Under the pieces are notes generated by a model that was given only the letters and a program-made list of their open reading frames with translations, did not search any database and was not told the DNA's origin. The translations under genes were made by a program, and so were the position numbers. A DNA stretch of 64,000 bases from Elusimicrobiota bacterium. GTDB lineage: Bacteria > Elusimicrobiota > Elusimicrobia > Elusimicrobiales > UBA9959. Positions 28,080-37,187 of the stretch are shown here, one piece after another; the stretch's first letter is position 1, and every line of letters begins with the position of its first letter. The DNA lies in contig DAIENX010000007.1 in assembly GCA_027340875.1 (NCBI GenBank), forward strand, positions 1-64,000, given 5' to 3'.

Positions 28080-28994
28080 TTATAACGTCCCGAGCCCGCT
28101 GACGCCGTGGATCTCGAGGTACTCCGGCCAGACCCCGCCGCAGTAATCCCTGACCCGGCAGCCGGAGCAGAGCGGCGGGAACACCTTGCCCGCGTCCGAC
28201 CGGCGGCTGGTCCTGCCGAGGGCCGCCTCCACGCACCTCTCCGTGCGCTCGTGCCAGCCGCCCACGCAGAGCGGCAGGCCGCAGACTGGATTATTGACCA
28301 CCAGCCCCTTTTTTTCCGCCAGCGAGAGCGCCGCCTCCACGTAAGGGGACAGCGCCGCGTAATCGGGCACCAGGCGCGGATCGGCCTTGGCGCGCCCCCG
28401 CGGCTGCACCACGGACAGCGAGACCGTCCTGACGGCCGGGAAGCGCCTGGAAACGAAATCGATGTACCTGGCGGCGCCGCGGTAGTTGCGCGAGCACAGC
28501 ACCGGGTTCAGTATCACCTCGAGCCCGCAGGCCAGCAAATTGTCTATCCCTTTCAGGCAGAGGGCATGGGAGCCGGGGACTCCGGTTATACCGTCGTGCA
28601 CGCGCGCCGAATGGCTGTGCAGCGAGACGAAGGCGCTCGTCGCCCCGGCCCTGGCCGCGGCGGCCGCCAGCGCCCGGTCCGCGAAGCAGACGGCGTTGGT
28701 CTGCACGTCCACCTTCGCGGCCTTCTTCGCCCGGTAAAGCTTTATCAGGGCGGGCAGGCCCTTGTAGAGCCCGGGCTCCCCGCCGCTTATGGAGATGCGC
28801 GCTCCCGGCCTGACGCCGGCCAGCAGGGCCGACCTCATCGCGTTACGCAGCGCGCGGTCGTCGCGCCGCCGCTCCTCCGGCCGGCGGTCCACGTTGCAGA
28901 ACACGCAGTTCTCGTTGCAGGCGTAGCCGAGCCTCACCAGTTCGTACGGGATGTCCTCCCTGGGGTCGTAGCCTTTCTTAGCCTTAGAGCGCAT
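28080..28994 (-). CDS. Radical SAM protein, HxsC-like
   Basis: CNENCVFC, SGGEP, LPLC, CSGCRVRDYCGG. Confidence 0.88.
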   Translation of the reverse strand: MRSKAKKGYDPREDIPYELVRLGYACNENCVFCNVDRRPEERRRDDRALRNAMRSALLAGVRPGARISISGGEPGLYKGLPALIKLYRAKKAAKVDVQTNAVCFADRALAAAAARAGATSAFVSLHSHSARVHDGITGVPGSHALCLKGIDNLLACGLEVILNPVLCSRNYRGAARYIDFVSRRFPAVRTVSLSVVQPRGRAKADPRLVPDYAALSPYVEAALSLAEKKGLVVNNPVCGLPLCVGGWHERTERCVEAALGRTSRRSDAGKVFPPLCSGCRVRDYCGGVWPEYLEIHGVSGLGTL

Positions 28995-29871
28995 GGAATT
29001 CCGAGTCCCCGTAGGTTTCAAGATATTTGGCGTACACCCCGCCGCAGACCGCCAGCTTCGAACAGGCCCGGCAGCAGCGCAGGGCCGTCTTTTCCCGGTG
29101 GCCGTCCACGGAGCGGCCGCGGCGGCGCAGCATCTCGGTGCGCCGCATCGCGAACTCGCAGGCGCCCGCCGGCACGCGCGGCAGGGCGGCGCAGAGCGGC
29201 ACGTCCCAGAGGCGCAGGCTTCGCGGCCAGCGGCCGCGCGCGGGCGCCAGCTCCTCCACCAGCCTGGAATACCTGACCGAGAGCTTTTTCCAGTCCTTCA
29301 GCGCCCGGCCGAACGGCAGCAGTCCGTGGAAGACGATGTTCCTGAGGCCGCGCAGCGAGAGGAAGAAGTCCCGCAGCTCCCCGAGGCCGTCTATGTTCAG
29401 CGCGTTGACCGTGGCGTTCACCGAGACCTGCACCGGCGAGCCCTTCGGCCGCAGCGAAAGCAGGTTCGACAGGCCGCGCACGGTCTGCGCCCAGCTTCCC
29501 GCCGCCCCCGTTATGGCGTCATGCACTTCCGGTCTGGCCCCGTGCAGCGAGACTATCACCTCGCTGGCGCCCGAGGCCAGCAGTTTGGAGCAGTAATCCC
29601 TGTAGGCCAGCATCCTGCCGTTGGTTATGACGGAGATGCCGCTGCAGCCCAGCCGCGCGGCCTCCCCTATCAGGGCCGGCAGGTCCGGGTTCAGCGTGGG
29701 CTCTCCGGAGGTGAAGACCAGCCGGCGCCCCCTCGCGGGCGCCCGAAGCCCGTCCACGGCGCCGCCGCCCCGGCGGCGGCCGCGGCCGGAGACGTCGGTG
29801 CAGAAGACGCAGTTATTGTTGCACTCCGAAGAGGAGGCCGCGTAGAGGACTTTCCCTGCCGCCTTAGTCAT
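28984..29871 (-). CDS. Radical SAM protein, HxsC-like
   Basis: CNNNCVFC, SGEPTL, TNGRM, VPLC, CRACSKLAVCGG; ATGA overlap. Confidence 0.88.
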   Translation of the reverse strand: MTKAAGKVLYAASSSECNNNCVFCTDVSGRGRRRGGGAVDGLRAPARGRRLVFTSGEPTLNPDLPALIGEAARLGCSGISVITNGRMLAYRDYCSKLLASGASEVIVSLHGARPEVHDAITGAAGSWAQTVRGLSNLLSLRPKGSPVQVSVNATVNALNIDGLGELRDFFLSLRGLRNIVFHGLLPFGRALKDWKKLSVRYSRLVEELAPARGRWPRSLRLWDVPLCAALPRVPAGACEFAMRRTEMLRRRGRSVDGHREKTALRCCRACSKLAVCGGVYAKYLETYGDSEFHAL

Positions 29872-31157
29872 GCGCTCCTCGCCGCGTTGAACATCCGCTG
29901 CACCAGGTTCACGGCTCCGGAGAAGCCCAGGAAAGGCTCCGGCCGCAGCGCGTGGTACCTGTAGGACGGGAAACCCAGGTCCATGCCGGGCAGCCCCAGC
30001 AGGGCCGAGCGCCGGCCTACGCTGCTGGATACCAGCAGGTCGCAGCGCCCGCCGGAGAAAAGCTCCTCTATGGCCCGCCCGTAGGCGAGCACGGGGAAAT
30101 CCCTCAGCACCGGTCTCCCCGGGAAAGCCGCCTCGGCCGAGGCCCATTTGCCTCCGGAGCAGGTCAGGAACACTCCGGCCACGCCCATGCCCAGCTCGGC
30201 CGCGAAGGCGCAGACCGCCTTTCCCAGGTACGGGTCGCCGGTGAAGCAGAGCCTTTTCCCGGCCAGCGCGCCGCCCACCGCGGTGCGGGCCAGCGAATGG
30301 GCCCCGGAGAGCTCCTCGGCTATGATCGCGTCCGCTTTCACGGCGGAGATTCCGGCGGCGCCGGCGGCGGCTTTCAGCCAGGCCGCCGAGGCGGCCAGCC
30401 CCAGCGGCAGCTCCAGCTCCAGCAGCCTGGCGCCGGTCCTGCGGGCCAGCGTCGCGGCCGCGCCGCGCGCGTAAGGCAGGGAGATGATCAGGCCGGCCTG
30501 CTCCGCTTCCTTCAGGGAGGCGTAATCGCTCCCTCCGGGCCAGGCGCAGACCAGGTCCAGCCCGGCCAGCGCCAGCATGCGGCGCAGCTCCGCGAGGTTG
30601 CCGGTCTGGTCGCCCTCGTTGCGGTCCATGAAATGCCCCACTACGGCGACCTTGCCGCGCCGGCCGGCGCCCTTCTTCAGCGGCATGTCCGCGGCCATCC
30701 TTTCCAGCGCCAGCGCGTAGCCGTCCAGGTAGTCGAAGTCCAGCGCGTTGGCCGAGGCGCTCACCACCCTGGTGCCGCGCCGCCCCGTCAGCGAGGCGGC
30801 CAGCTTCCCGTAATCCCTCCCGGTGAGCGTCATGACCGGCAGCGAGGAGAGCAGCACCACGCCCGCGCGGCCGCACAGCGCGTCGGCGCGGGCCTCGGCG
30901 CCGGAGCTGTCGCCGGCTATTATCTCCCCGGCGTGGGAACCGGTATGCAGCACGCGGCTGTCGCCGCGGCAGTCCAGCAGCGTGGAGAACAGGTCGTGGG
31001 AGCCGTGCACGCACTCGGCCTTGCGCGTCACGCAGTCCGTGCCGTCCACCACCGCGTAGGCGTCCGAGACGGCGTTGACGGCGAGGTACAGACCCGTCAG
31101 GAAGGACGGCGTGCAGCTCTCTCCCCTGTCCGGGGTATCAGTTCTCTTTTCTGCCAT
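29868..31157 (-). CDS. Nitrogenase component 1-like (NifK/NifE-type) oxidoreductase subunit
   Basis: C..S.LTG...VVDGTDC, HTG...EIIAG, EGD..GNLAELRRML, LPLGLAASAAWL, PFLGFSG. Confidence 0.8.
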   Translation of the reverse strand: MAEKRTDTPDRGESCTPSFLTGLYLAVNAVSDAYAVVDGTDCVTRKAECVHGSHDLFSTLLDCRGDSRVLHTGSHAGEIIAGDSSGAEARADALCGRAGVVLLSSLPVMTLTGRDYGKLAASLTGRRGTRVVSASANALDFDYLDGYALALERMAADMPLKKGAGRRGKVAVVGHFMDRNEGDQTGNLAELRRMLALAGLDLVCAWPGGSDYASLKEAEQAGLIISLPYARGAAATLARRTGARLLELELPLGLAASAAWLKAAAGAAGISAVKADAIIAEELSGAHSLARTAVGGALAGKRLCFTGDPYLGKAVCAFAAELGMGVAGVFLTCSGGKWASAEAAFPGRPVLRDFPVLAYGRAIEELFSGGRCDLLVSSSVGRRSALLGLPGMDLGFPSYRYHALRPEPFLGFSGAVNLVQRMFNAARSA

Positions 31158-33354
31158 AGCTAGCGAAATCCGACCCGCAGACGGCCAGGATGGTCTCCAG
31201 CGTCCTGCAGGCCCCGGCGAAGCCGGGCCTGAACATGTCCAGCGAGACCTGCGCCTTGCCGGCGTCGGAGACCCGGTAGTCGCAGGAGAAATCGCTCCAG
31301 ACCGCGGAGATCGCCGGGGAAGCCAGCCTTCGGCGCAGCTCGGCCTCTCCGGAGAACGCCGCCGTTCTCATATTGAAGGCGGACAGCGGGCCGGAGAACC
31401 TCTTCAGGGCCTTCTTCTCCGGGGCGTATACCAGCAGCTCCAGGCCGAAGCCGGCCTCCGCCAGGAAGGCGGCCGGCGGCACCCCGGCGGAGCGGGCCGG
31501 CGTGAATATCCGCTCCAGGTCCGCCTCGCCGGCGACGAAAGCTATCCTCTTGCCGGCCGCGCGCGCCTTCAGCGCCTTCCATTCCCCAGCGCTGGCGGCC
31601 ATCGCCGCCCGAACGGTACCGGCCGCCGCCTTGGAGCGGCCGGCCAGCGCGGCCGCCTCGAGCAGCCAGGCGGCCGTGGCGGAAAATCCGTAGGGCGAGG
31701 GCGGGCGCCTGAGACGCTTCTTCCAGCGCCCGCTGAAAGCGGCCTCCAGCCTGTCGTAGATGAAAGAATCGCTGAGCAGGGCGCTGCCGGCCGACCGCAG
31801 GGCCTCGAGGGACTCCCCGTCGTATTCCGGCAGCAGCCAGAACGCCTTTACGCCGGCGGAAGAGAGTATGCCGTCCAGCTCCTTAAGGCCGGCCCCGCCG
31901 TAGCCGAGCAGAACGGCAGCGTTGGCGGGCAGCCGGAAGCGGCGCCGGCCGTCCCGCCTGGCGTAGGCGCGGAAGAAGCCCAGCAGCTCGCCGGGCACGG
32001 AGCAGCCGTCCAGGCAGGTGGAGCTGACCACCACCGGCACGCCGCTGGCCTTCTCGGCCTCGCCGGCCAGCTTCCGCACGTCCTCGCCCATAGCGTAAGG
32101 TACGCAGCCGTTGGTCATGAAGATATAATCCGGCCTTCCTCCGGCCAGGTCCGCGGCGATATCCCTTATGCGGCCGCCGCTGCCGAGTATCACTTCCCCT
32201 GTGCCCAGCGCGCTGGAGCTCCTGGTGGAGCCGGCTTCCGGGTGCAGCTCGCTGCCGGGCAGCAGGCTGGCGGGACCGCGCAGGAACGGGACCTTCTCGC
32301 TCTCCTCCAGCCGCTCCTGGCTGTAGGCGCATTCCCTGTCCTCGTGGGCCAGGAAAGCCTGCCGCCCGGTGTAGCGTACCAGCCCGGTGCCGGAGAAGAC
32401 GGCGTCCGAGAAGAAGCGGCGCCAGCCGTCGCCGGCGCCCGAGGGCGGCCTGGCGGGCGAGGAGATCTTGAAGGACGCCCCGCAGGCCTCCGGCGCGTGG
32501 CAGGCAGCGGGCACGTCGGGCGGGGCGGCCGGAAGCACGCGCGGCTTCTTCCCGCGGCCGGAGAGCAGCGGCAGCAGTATCCTGCCGTCCACCGGCCGCG
32601 GCAGGGAGCCGGCGGCATCGGAAGCGTCCAGGCCGGCCTTTATCCTCCTGACCGCCGCGGCGAAAGGCGAGCGCGGGGCCAGGCGCACCACCGCGGCCCC
32701 GGCGGCTTCGGCCTCCCTGACCGCCGGGTCCAAAGGACAGCGGGCCAGTATGCCGGCCTTTATCAGCGCGGCGAACTTGTCCACGGCGCCGCCGCGGCCG
32801 CCGTCCGCGCCGTTGGCCACCAGCCCCATCAGGCCGGCGCCGCTGCCGGCGTGCACGGTCATCGCGCGGGCTATGTTGTTGGCGGCGTAGAGTGACATCA
32901 GGTCTTCCGAGACCACTATCAGCACCTTGCGCCCGAAGCCTTTTCTCAGCGGCACGGCGAAGCCGCCGCAGACTATGTCGCCCAGCACGTCGAAGATCAC
33001 CGCGTCGTAGTCGGCGGCCACCTTCTCGCGGGCGGATTCCAGCAGCTCGAAGGTCTTCAGCAGGCCCATGCCGGCGCAACCCTCTCCCGGAGCGGGGCCG
33101 CCGGCCTCCAGGCAGTCCACGCCCCTGCCTGTCCTGTAGATCAGCTTCTCCAGCGTCGGGCGGCCGCCGCGCAGCGCCTCCACCACGGTCGGGATGCCCT
33201 CGCCGCCTGTCAGCAGCAGCGCGGAATCGCTCTTCGGGTCGCAGCCCACGTGCAGGACCCGCTTGCCCTCCATGGCGTACAGCTCGCTGAGGTTGGCTGC
33301 TATGGTGGATTTGCCTATCCCGCCCTTGCCCAGGATGACGATGCGCTCAGACAT
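31138..33354 (-). CDS. NifH/BchL-like Fe-S ATPase fused to a degenerate NifD-like module
   Basis: GKGGIGKST, GCDPKSDS, EAGGPAPGEGCAG, DVLGDIVCGGFA, MSLYAANNI; C-terminal EVILG, NGCVPYAMGED, PYGFSATAAWL, GFAG. Confidence 0.88.
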   Translation of the reverse strand: MSERIVILGKGGIGKSTIAANLSELYAMEGKRVLHVGCDPKSDSALLLTGGEGIPTVVEALRGGRPTLEKLIYRTGRGVDCLEAGGPAPGEGCAGMGLLKTFELLESAREKVAADYDAVIFDVLGDIVCGGFAVPLRKGFGRKVLIVVSEDLMSLYAANNIARAMTVHAGSGAGLMGLVANGADGGRGGAVDKFAALIKAGILARCPLDPAVREAEAAGAAVVRLAPRSPFAAAVRRIKAGLDASDAAGSLPRPVDGRILLPLLSGRGKKPRVLPAAPPDVPAACHAPEACGASFKISSPARPPSGAGDGWRRFFSDAVFSGTGLVRYTGRQAFLAHEDRECAYSQERLEESEKVPFLRGPASLLPGSELHPEAGSTRSSSALGTGEVILGSGGRIRDIAADLAGGRPDYIFMTNGCVPYAMGEDVRKLAGEAEKASGVPVVVSSTCLDGCSVPGELLGFFRAYARRDGRRRFRLPANAAVLLGYGGAGLKELDGILSSAGVKAFWLLPEYDGESLEALRSAGSALLSDSFIYDRLEAAFSGRWKKRLRRPPSPYGFSATAAWLLEAAALAGRSKAAAGTVRAAMAASAGEWKALKARAAGKRIAFVAGEADLERIFTPARSAGVPPAAFLAEAGFGLELLVYAPEKKALKRFSGPLSAFNMRTAAFSGEAELRRRLASPAISAVWSDFSCDYRVSDAGKAQVSLDMFRPGFAGACRTLETILAVCGSDFASYGRKEN

Positions 33355-34366
33355 GTCCCACCGCCTCTCCCGCGGCCGGCCGGGCGCGCAGTATCCGGGC
33401 CGCGGCGGCCGCGGGGATGGGGCGCAGTTCGCCGTCGCCGAACCTGTCGAGGTAGGCCCCGAAGACCCCGGCGCAGCGGTCCGCCAGCGCGCAGCCCGAG
33501 CAGCGCTCCGTCCTCGTCCGCTTCAGCGGCGGGACCACGCTCTTCTTAACCGAGAGCACGTTCTCCTTCAGGTAGGAGCGCCCGCGCTCCAGCACGAGCC
33601 GCGGGGAGAAGAGCAGGTCGTTGGAGAAAGGGGCCAGCGGGCCCAGCGCGCAGAAAGGGGCCCCGGAGACGACCAGGCGGGCGCCGTTGGCGCGTATGGT
33701 CCCGGCGGCTGAACGCACGGCGCGCGCGAAGTCCGGCAGCCTCACGGTCAGGCTCCCGTAGGAGGAGCGCACGTTCCCCCACGGTATCAGCTGCGACATC
33801 ATGTAGACCCCCGGCCGGCCGCGGGAGAAGACGTACTTCGCTATGTCCGCCGTTCTCCCGGAGTTGAGGGAGCAGACCACGGTGTGGCACATGAACAGCT
33901 TGAGCTTCCCGAAGCGTTCCACGTTCGAAAAGACCTTTTCGACCGTGGAGAAGGCGGACGGCATCCGCGTGACGGCGCGCGCCAGTCCCTCTTCGTTCCA
34001 GTGCACAGAGAGGCAGAGTTCGTCGATGTCCGGCAGCAGCCGTGCCGCCGCCGCGGGGTCGGCCAGTCCCGTGCCGTCGGTGGTGACCTGCACCGAGTAG
34101 CCCAGCAGCTTGGCTATGCGCAGTATGCGCCCGAACTGCGGATGCACGGTGGGCTCCCCGCCCAGCAGCGTCAGGTGCCCGGCGCCGCCGCTCCGGAGCT
34201 TCTTCATTATCGAGCAGGCCTCCGCGAGCGGCATGAAGCCGCCGCCGGAGCGCAGGCTGCGCGCCTCGCAGCAGAAGACGCAGCGGCGGCGGCAGACCTT
34301 GGAGATCCGCAGCTCGGCCCGCTCCCCGGCGGCGCCGGGGGCGCTCAGTAGGTCCTCTCCGTGCAT
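33347..34366 (-). CDS. Radical SAM protein, HxsC-like
   Basis: CRRRCVFC, LGGEPT, APFC, CSGCALADRCAG; start approximate. Confidence 0.85.
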   Translation of the reverse strand: MHGEDLLSAPGAAGERAELRISKVCRRRCVFCCEARSLRSGGGFMPLAEACSIMKKLRSGGAGHLTLLGGEPTVHPQFGRILRIAKLLGYSVQVTTDGTGLADPAAAARLLPDIDELCLSVHWNEEGLARAVTRMPSAFSTVEKVFSNVERFGKLKLFMCHTVVCSLNSGRTADIAKYVFSRGRPGVYMMSQLIPWGNVRSSYGSLTVRLPDFARAVRSAAGTIRANGARLVVSGAPFCALGPLAPFSNDLLFSPRLVLERGRSYLKENVLSVKKSVVPPLKRTRTERCSGCALADRCAGVFGAYLDRFGDGELRPIPAAAAARILRARPAAGEAVGHV

Positions 34367-35076
34367 ATGTTGTACTTCACGTAATTGGGCGCGCGGTCCT
34401 CGCGCACCCGGCTGTCCACGGCCCGCTGCTTCCGCGGCCTGGCCCCGTCCGGCCTGAGCGCGGCGTAGTCCACGTGCGTGTCCGTCTCGTTCTCCTTGAG
34501 GTCCCAGACCGCGCATTTCAGCCCGAGCGCCATCATCCCGGAGACGGTCTCCTTTATCCTGCCCTGGTTGGCCTTCAGGCGCAGCGTGTGCATCTCTATC
34601 CTAGTGCCGGGAAAGGACTTTATGTTCTTTATGGCCTTCAGCAGGGCCGCGTAGCTGCCTTTCTTCCTGGTCACGGCGTCGTGCACGGCCGCGTCCGGCC
34701 CGTAGACCGGCAGCAGGAAGGCGTTGACCCCGGCCGCGACCAGCGCGGCCGTCAGCCGGCGGCTGCGCAGCTTGACGCCGTTCGACATCAGCTCTATATA
34801 GGCGAAGCCTTCCTTCACTCCCATCCTGACCACGGACTCCAGCAGCCACGCGGGGGCCATCGTGGGCTCGTCGCCGCCGAGGCAGAGCCGCCTGACTCCG
34901 CGCCGGCGGAGCACCCGCATCAGCGCGAGGAAGCGTATCAGCACCTCGCGCCACCGCTCCTCGGTGAAGGTGAAGGAGGTCTTGTGCGGGTGCCTGTTCC
35001 GCTGGCAGAAGACGCAGTCGATGTCGCAGCCGAACGGGAACGCCAGCAGCAGCTTGTCCTCCTTCCTGGCGTTCAT
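34345..35076 (-). CDS. Short radical SAM protein without the C-terminal Cys motif
   Basis: CDIDCVFC, GGDEPT, MSNG, HDAVT; ATGA overlap. Confidence 0.8.
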   Translation of the reverse strand: MNARKEDKLLLAFPFGCDIDCVFCQRNRHPHKTSFTFTEERWREVLIRFLALMRVLRRRGVRRLCLGGDEPTMAPAWLLESVVRMGVKEGFAYIELMSNGVKLRSRRLTAALVAAGVNAFLLPVYGPDAAVHDAVTRKKGSYAALLKAIKNIKSFPGTRIEMHTLRLKANQGRIKETVSGMMALGLKCAVWDLKENETDTHVDYAALRPDGARPRKQRAVDSRVREDRAPNYVKYNICTERTY

Positions 35077-36059
35077 GCGGCCTTCACCTCCGTTATGGGA
35101 CGGAAGAAAGGGGCCTGCTCCGGGAAGGCCTCGAGATACTTCCGGAAGATGCCTCCGCAGGAGCGCCGCAGCGCGCAGCGGCCGCAGGACTTCAGATAGA
35201 CGCGCCGCCGCGTCGGGCGCAGCGAGACCGTCTCCTTCAGGCCGGCGCGCCCGCCGGGGAGCGCCGCCCTCTCCACGGTCAGCCGCGGCGAGTAGTAGAG
35301 GTCGTTGGAAAGGTCGTAATGACCGTTCAGCGAACAGGCCGGCGCGCCGAAGAAGCGCAGCGTCACGCCGAACAGCGCGGCCTGCTCCCGCAGGTCCCCT
35401 ATGCGCCGGCCTATGGCGGTGAGGTCCGGAGCCAGCGAGGCGTAGTCCTCGCAGGCGCCGCCCTCCGGGGCCGGGTTGGAGATCATGTAATGCCGGACGA
35501 ACCCAGAGCGGGAGACCAGGCGCAGGATGTCCGAGACCAGCTTGAAGTTCTTTTTGACGGCCACGGTGTTGACCATCAGGAACAGCCTGCCGCCGCCGGC
35601 CTTGCCCAGGTTGTCCAGCGCGGCCATGGCGTCGTCGAAGCTGCCCTTCCTGCCGGTCAGCGCGTCGTGTATCTTGGCCGTAGGTCCGTGGCAGGAGAGC
35701 ATGGCCTCGTCCAGCAGCGGCGCGGTACGGCGGACGAAAGCGGGATCGGCGAAGGCGAGGCCGTTGGTGGTGACGCTGGTCCTGAACCCAAGCGCCCTGG
35801 CCGCACCGAGGGCGGCCGGCAGCGCGGCGCACAACGACGGCTCTCCTCCGGTGAAAGTGACGTGGGAGAAGCCGGCCCTGCGTTTCTCGCGCAGGATGCC
35901 TGCTATCTCCGACCCCGTCAGGTCCAGCGAGCCGAACCGGCGCAGCCTGTTCCGCTCGCTGCAGAACAGACAGCTGTTCTCGCAGGTGTAGGAAACGTGT
36001 ATCTCCAGCCGCTCCACCGCGGCTTTCTTCGCTCCAGCGCCGTGTACCGTTCGGCTCAT
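35073..36059 (-). CDS. Radical SAM protein, HxsC-like
   Basis: CENSCLFC, TGGEPS, TTNG, APAC, CGRCALRRSCGG; ATGA overlap. Confidence 0.88.
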   Translation of the reverse strand: MSRTVHGAGAKKAAVERLEIHVSYTCENSCLFCSERNRLRRFGSLDLTGSEIAGILREKRRAGFSHVTFTGGEPSLCAALPAALGAARALGFRTSVTTNGLAFADPAFVRRTAPLLDEAMLSCHGPTAKIHDALTGRKGSFDDAMAALDNLGKAGGGRLFLMVNTVAVKKNFKLVSDILRLVSRSGFVRHYMISNPAPEGGACEDYASLAPDLTAIGRRIGDLREQAALFGVTLRFFGAPACSLNGHYDLSNDLYYSPRLTVERAALPGGRAGLKETVSLRPTRRRVYLKSCGRCALRRSCGGIFRKYLEAFPEQAPFFRPITEVKAA

Positions 36060-37183
36060 GCGACGCACCTCCCGGAACGGACCGGCTTCAACGCCGAGAA
36101 ACCCCTGGCCATCACGGTCCATATCCTGGCTCCGCGGCAGGCCGGGCCCAGCCGGCAGCGTCGGCAGGCGGAACCCTTCACGGTCAGCCTCTCCGCTATG
36201 AAGAACTCGGCCACCTTCATCAGGCCGGCCCTTGGCGTTATCTTTTTCACGGCCCTCCGCTTCTCCGGCAGGCAGGCCGGCGCCGGGACCGTCTTAAGGG
36301 AACCTTCCGCCCGCAGCAGCTCGAGGTCCGAGCAGAACTGTGCCATCACGCAGGACGCGCACCGCGCCCCCTTGCAGTGCATCTCCTCTCCGGCGTACAG
36401 GAAGGCCTCCAGCGGCCGGCGCATCCCCCGCACCTCGTCCATCAGCTTGCCGGGGTGCTGTATATACCGCTCGTTGCCCTCCAGCACTGCGGCGGGGAAG
36501 CGGTTCGTCCAGACGTGGGCGTTGACGGATTCGGAGAAGCGGAACACCTTTTCCAGCACCTTCCTCTTGGAAGCCGGGTCATAGGAAAGTTTCTTCCAGT
36601 TCTCCCACGCCCTGCCGAAAGGTATCAGGTTCAGCAGGTCGTACTCGTCCACGCCGAGGCGGTGCAGCAGGCCGACTATCTCGCGGACGGAGTCGGCGTT
36701 AAGCCTGTTCACCACGATGTCGCTGCTGACTATCAGGCCCGGCACCTTCTTGGCGTTGGCGATGGCCAGCAGGGTCTGCGCGAAAGCGCCGGGGACCCCG
36801 ACCAGCGCGTCGTGCTGCCCGGAGGTGGCCCCGTGCACGGAGAACGTTATCTCGGTGAGCCCGGCGGCCACAGCGCGCTTCAGAAAGCCATCGTAGCAGA
36901 ACATCCGCCCGTTGCTGATGGCCTGCACGTGGGTATAGCCGAGCTTCCTCGCCTTCGCCACTATGGCCGTGAATTTGGGGTGTATCGTGGGCTCTCCGCC
37001 GCTCAGCACCACCCGGCGGCAGCCCTCCGCCCGGCCCCGCCTCAGGTCGGCCTCTATCTCTCCGAGCGGCAGATGTTCGCCGCAGATGGAGTCCGCGTCC
37101 AGACAGAAAAGGCAGCGGTTGTTGCAGGCCCTGGTCAGCCTGACCCATTTCCGCTTTTCCGGGGCGGCGGTTCTTTCCGTCAT
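36056..37183 (-). CDS. Radical SAM protein, HxsC-like, two C-terminal Cys motifs
   Basis: CNNRCLFC, SGGEPT, SNGRM, CASCVMAQFC, CRRCRLGPACRG. Confidence 0.9.
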   Translation of the reverse strand: MTERTAAPEKRKWVRLTRACNNRCLFCLDADSICGEHLPLGEIEADLRRGRAEGCRRVVLSGGEPTIHPKFTAIVAKARKLGYTHVQAISNGRMFCYDGFLKRAVAAGLTEITFSVHGATSGQHDALVGVPGAFAQTLLAIANAKKVPGLIVSSDIVVNRLNADSVREIVGLLHRLGVDEYDLLNLIPFGRAWENWKKLSYDPASKRKVLEKVFRFSESVNAHVWTNRFPAAVLEGNERYIQHPGKLMDEVRGMRRPLEAFLYAGEEMHCKGARCASCVMAQFCSDLELLRAEGSLKTVPAPACLPEKRRAVKKITPRAGLMKVAEFFIAERLTVKGSACRRCRLGPACRGARIWTVMARGFSALKPVRSGRCVA

Positions 37184-37187
37184 AGTT

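Noticed and set aside
28984..31014. Extended N-termini of ORF-track calls (676-aa, 495-aa, 469-aa and 392-aa rSAMs)
   Set aside because: Extensions overlap upstream genes out of frame; internal ATGs at or near the upstream stop codon fit better
29868..33354. Genuine nitrogen fixation genes (nifHDK)
   Set aside because: Incomplete P-cluster/FeMoco ligand patterns, fused architecture and no nifB/E/N in the window
34345..35076. Pseudogene or selenocysteine readthrough explaining the short rSAM
   Set aside because: Core motifs are intact, and I saw no continuation with a Cys motif or SECIS-like evidence beyond the TGA
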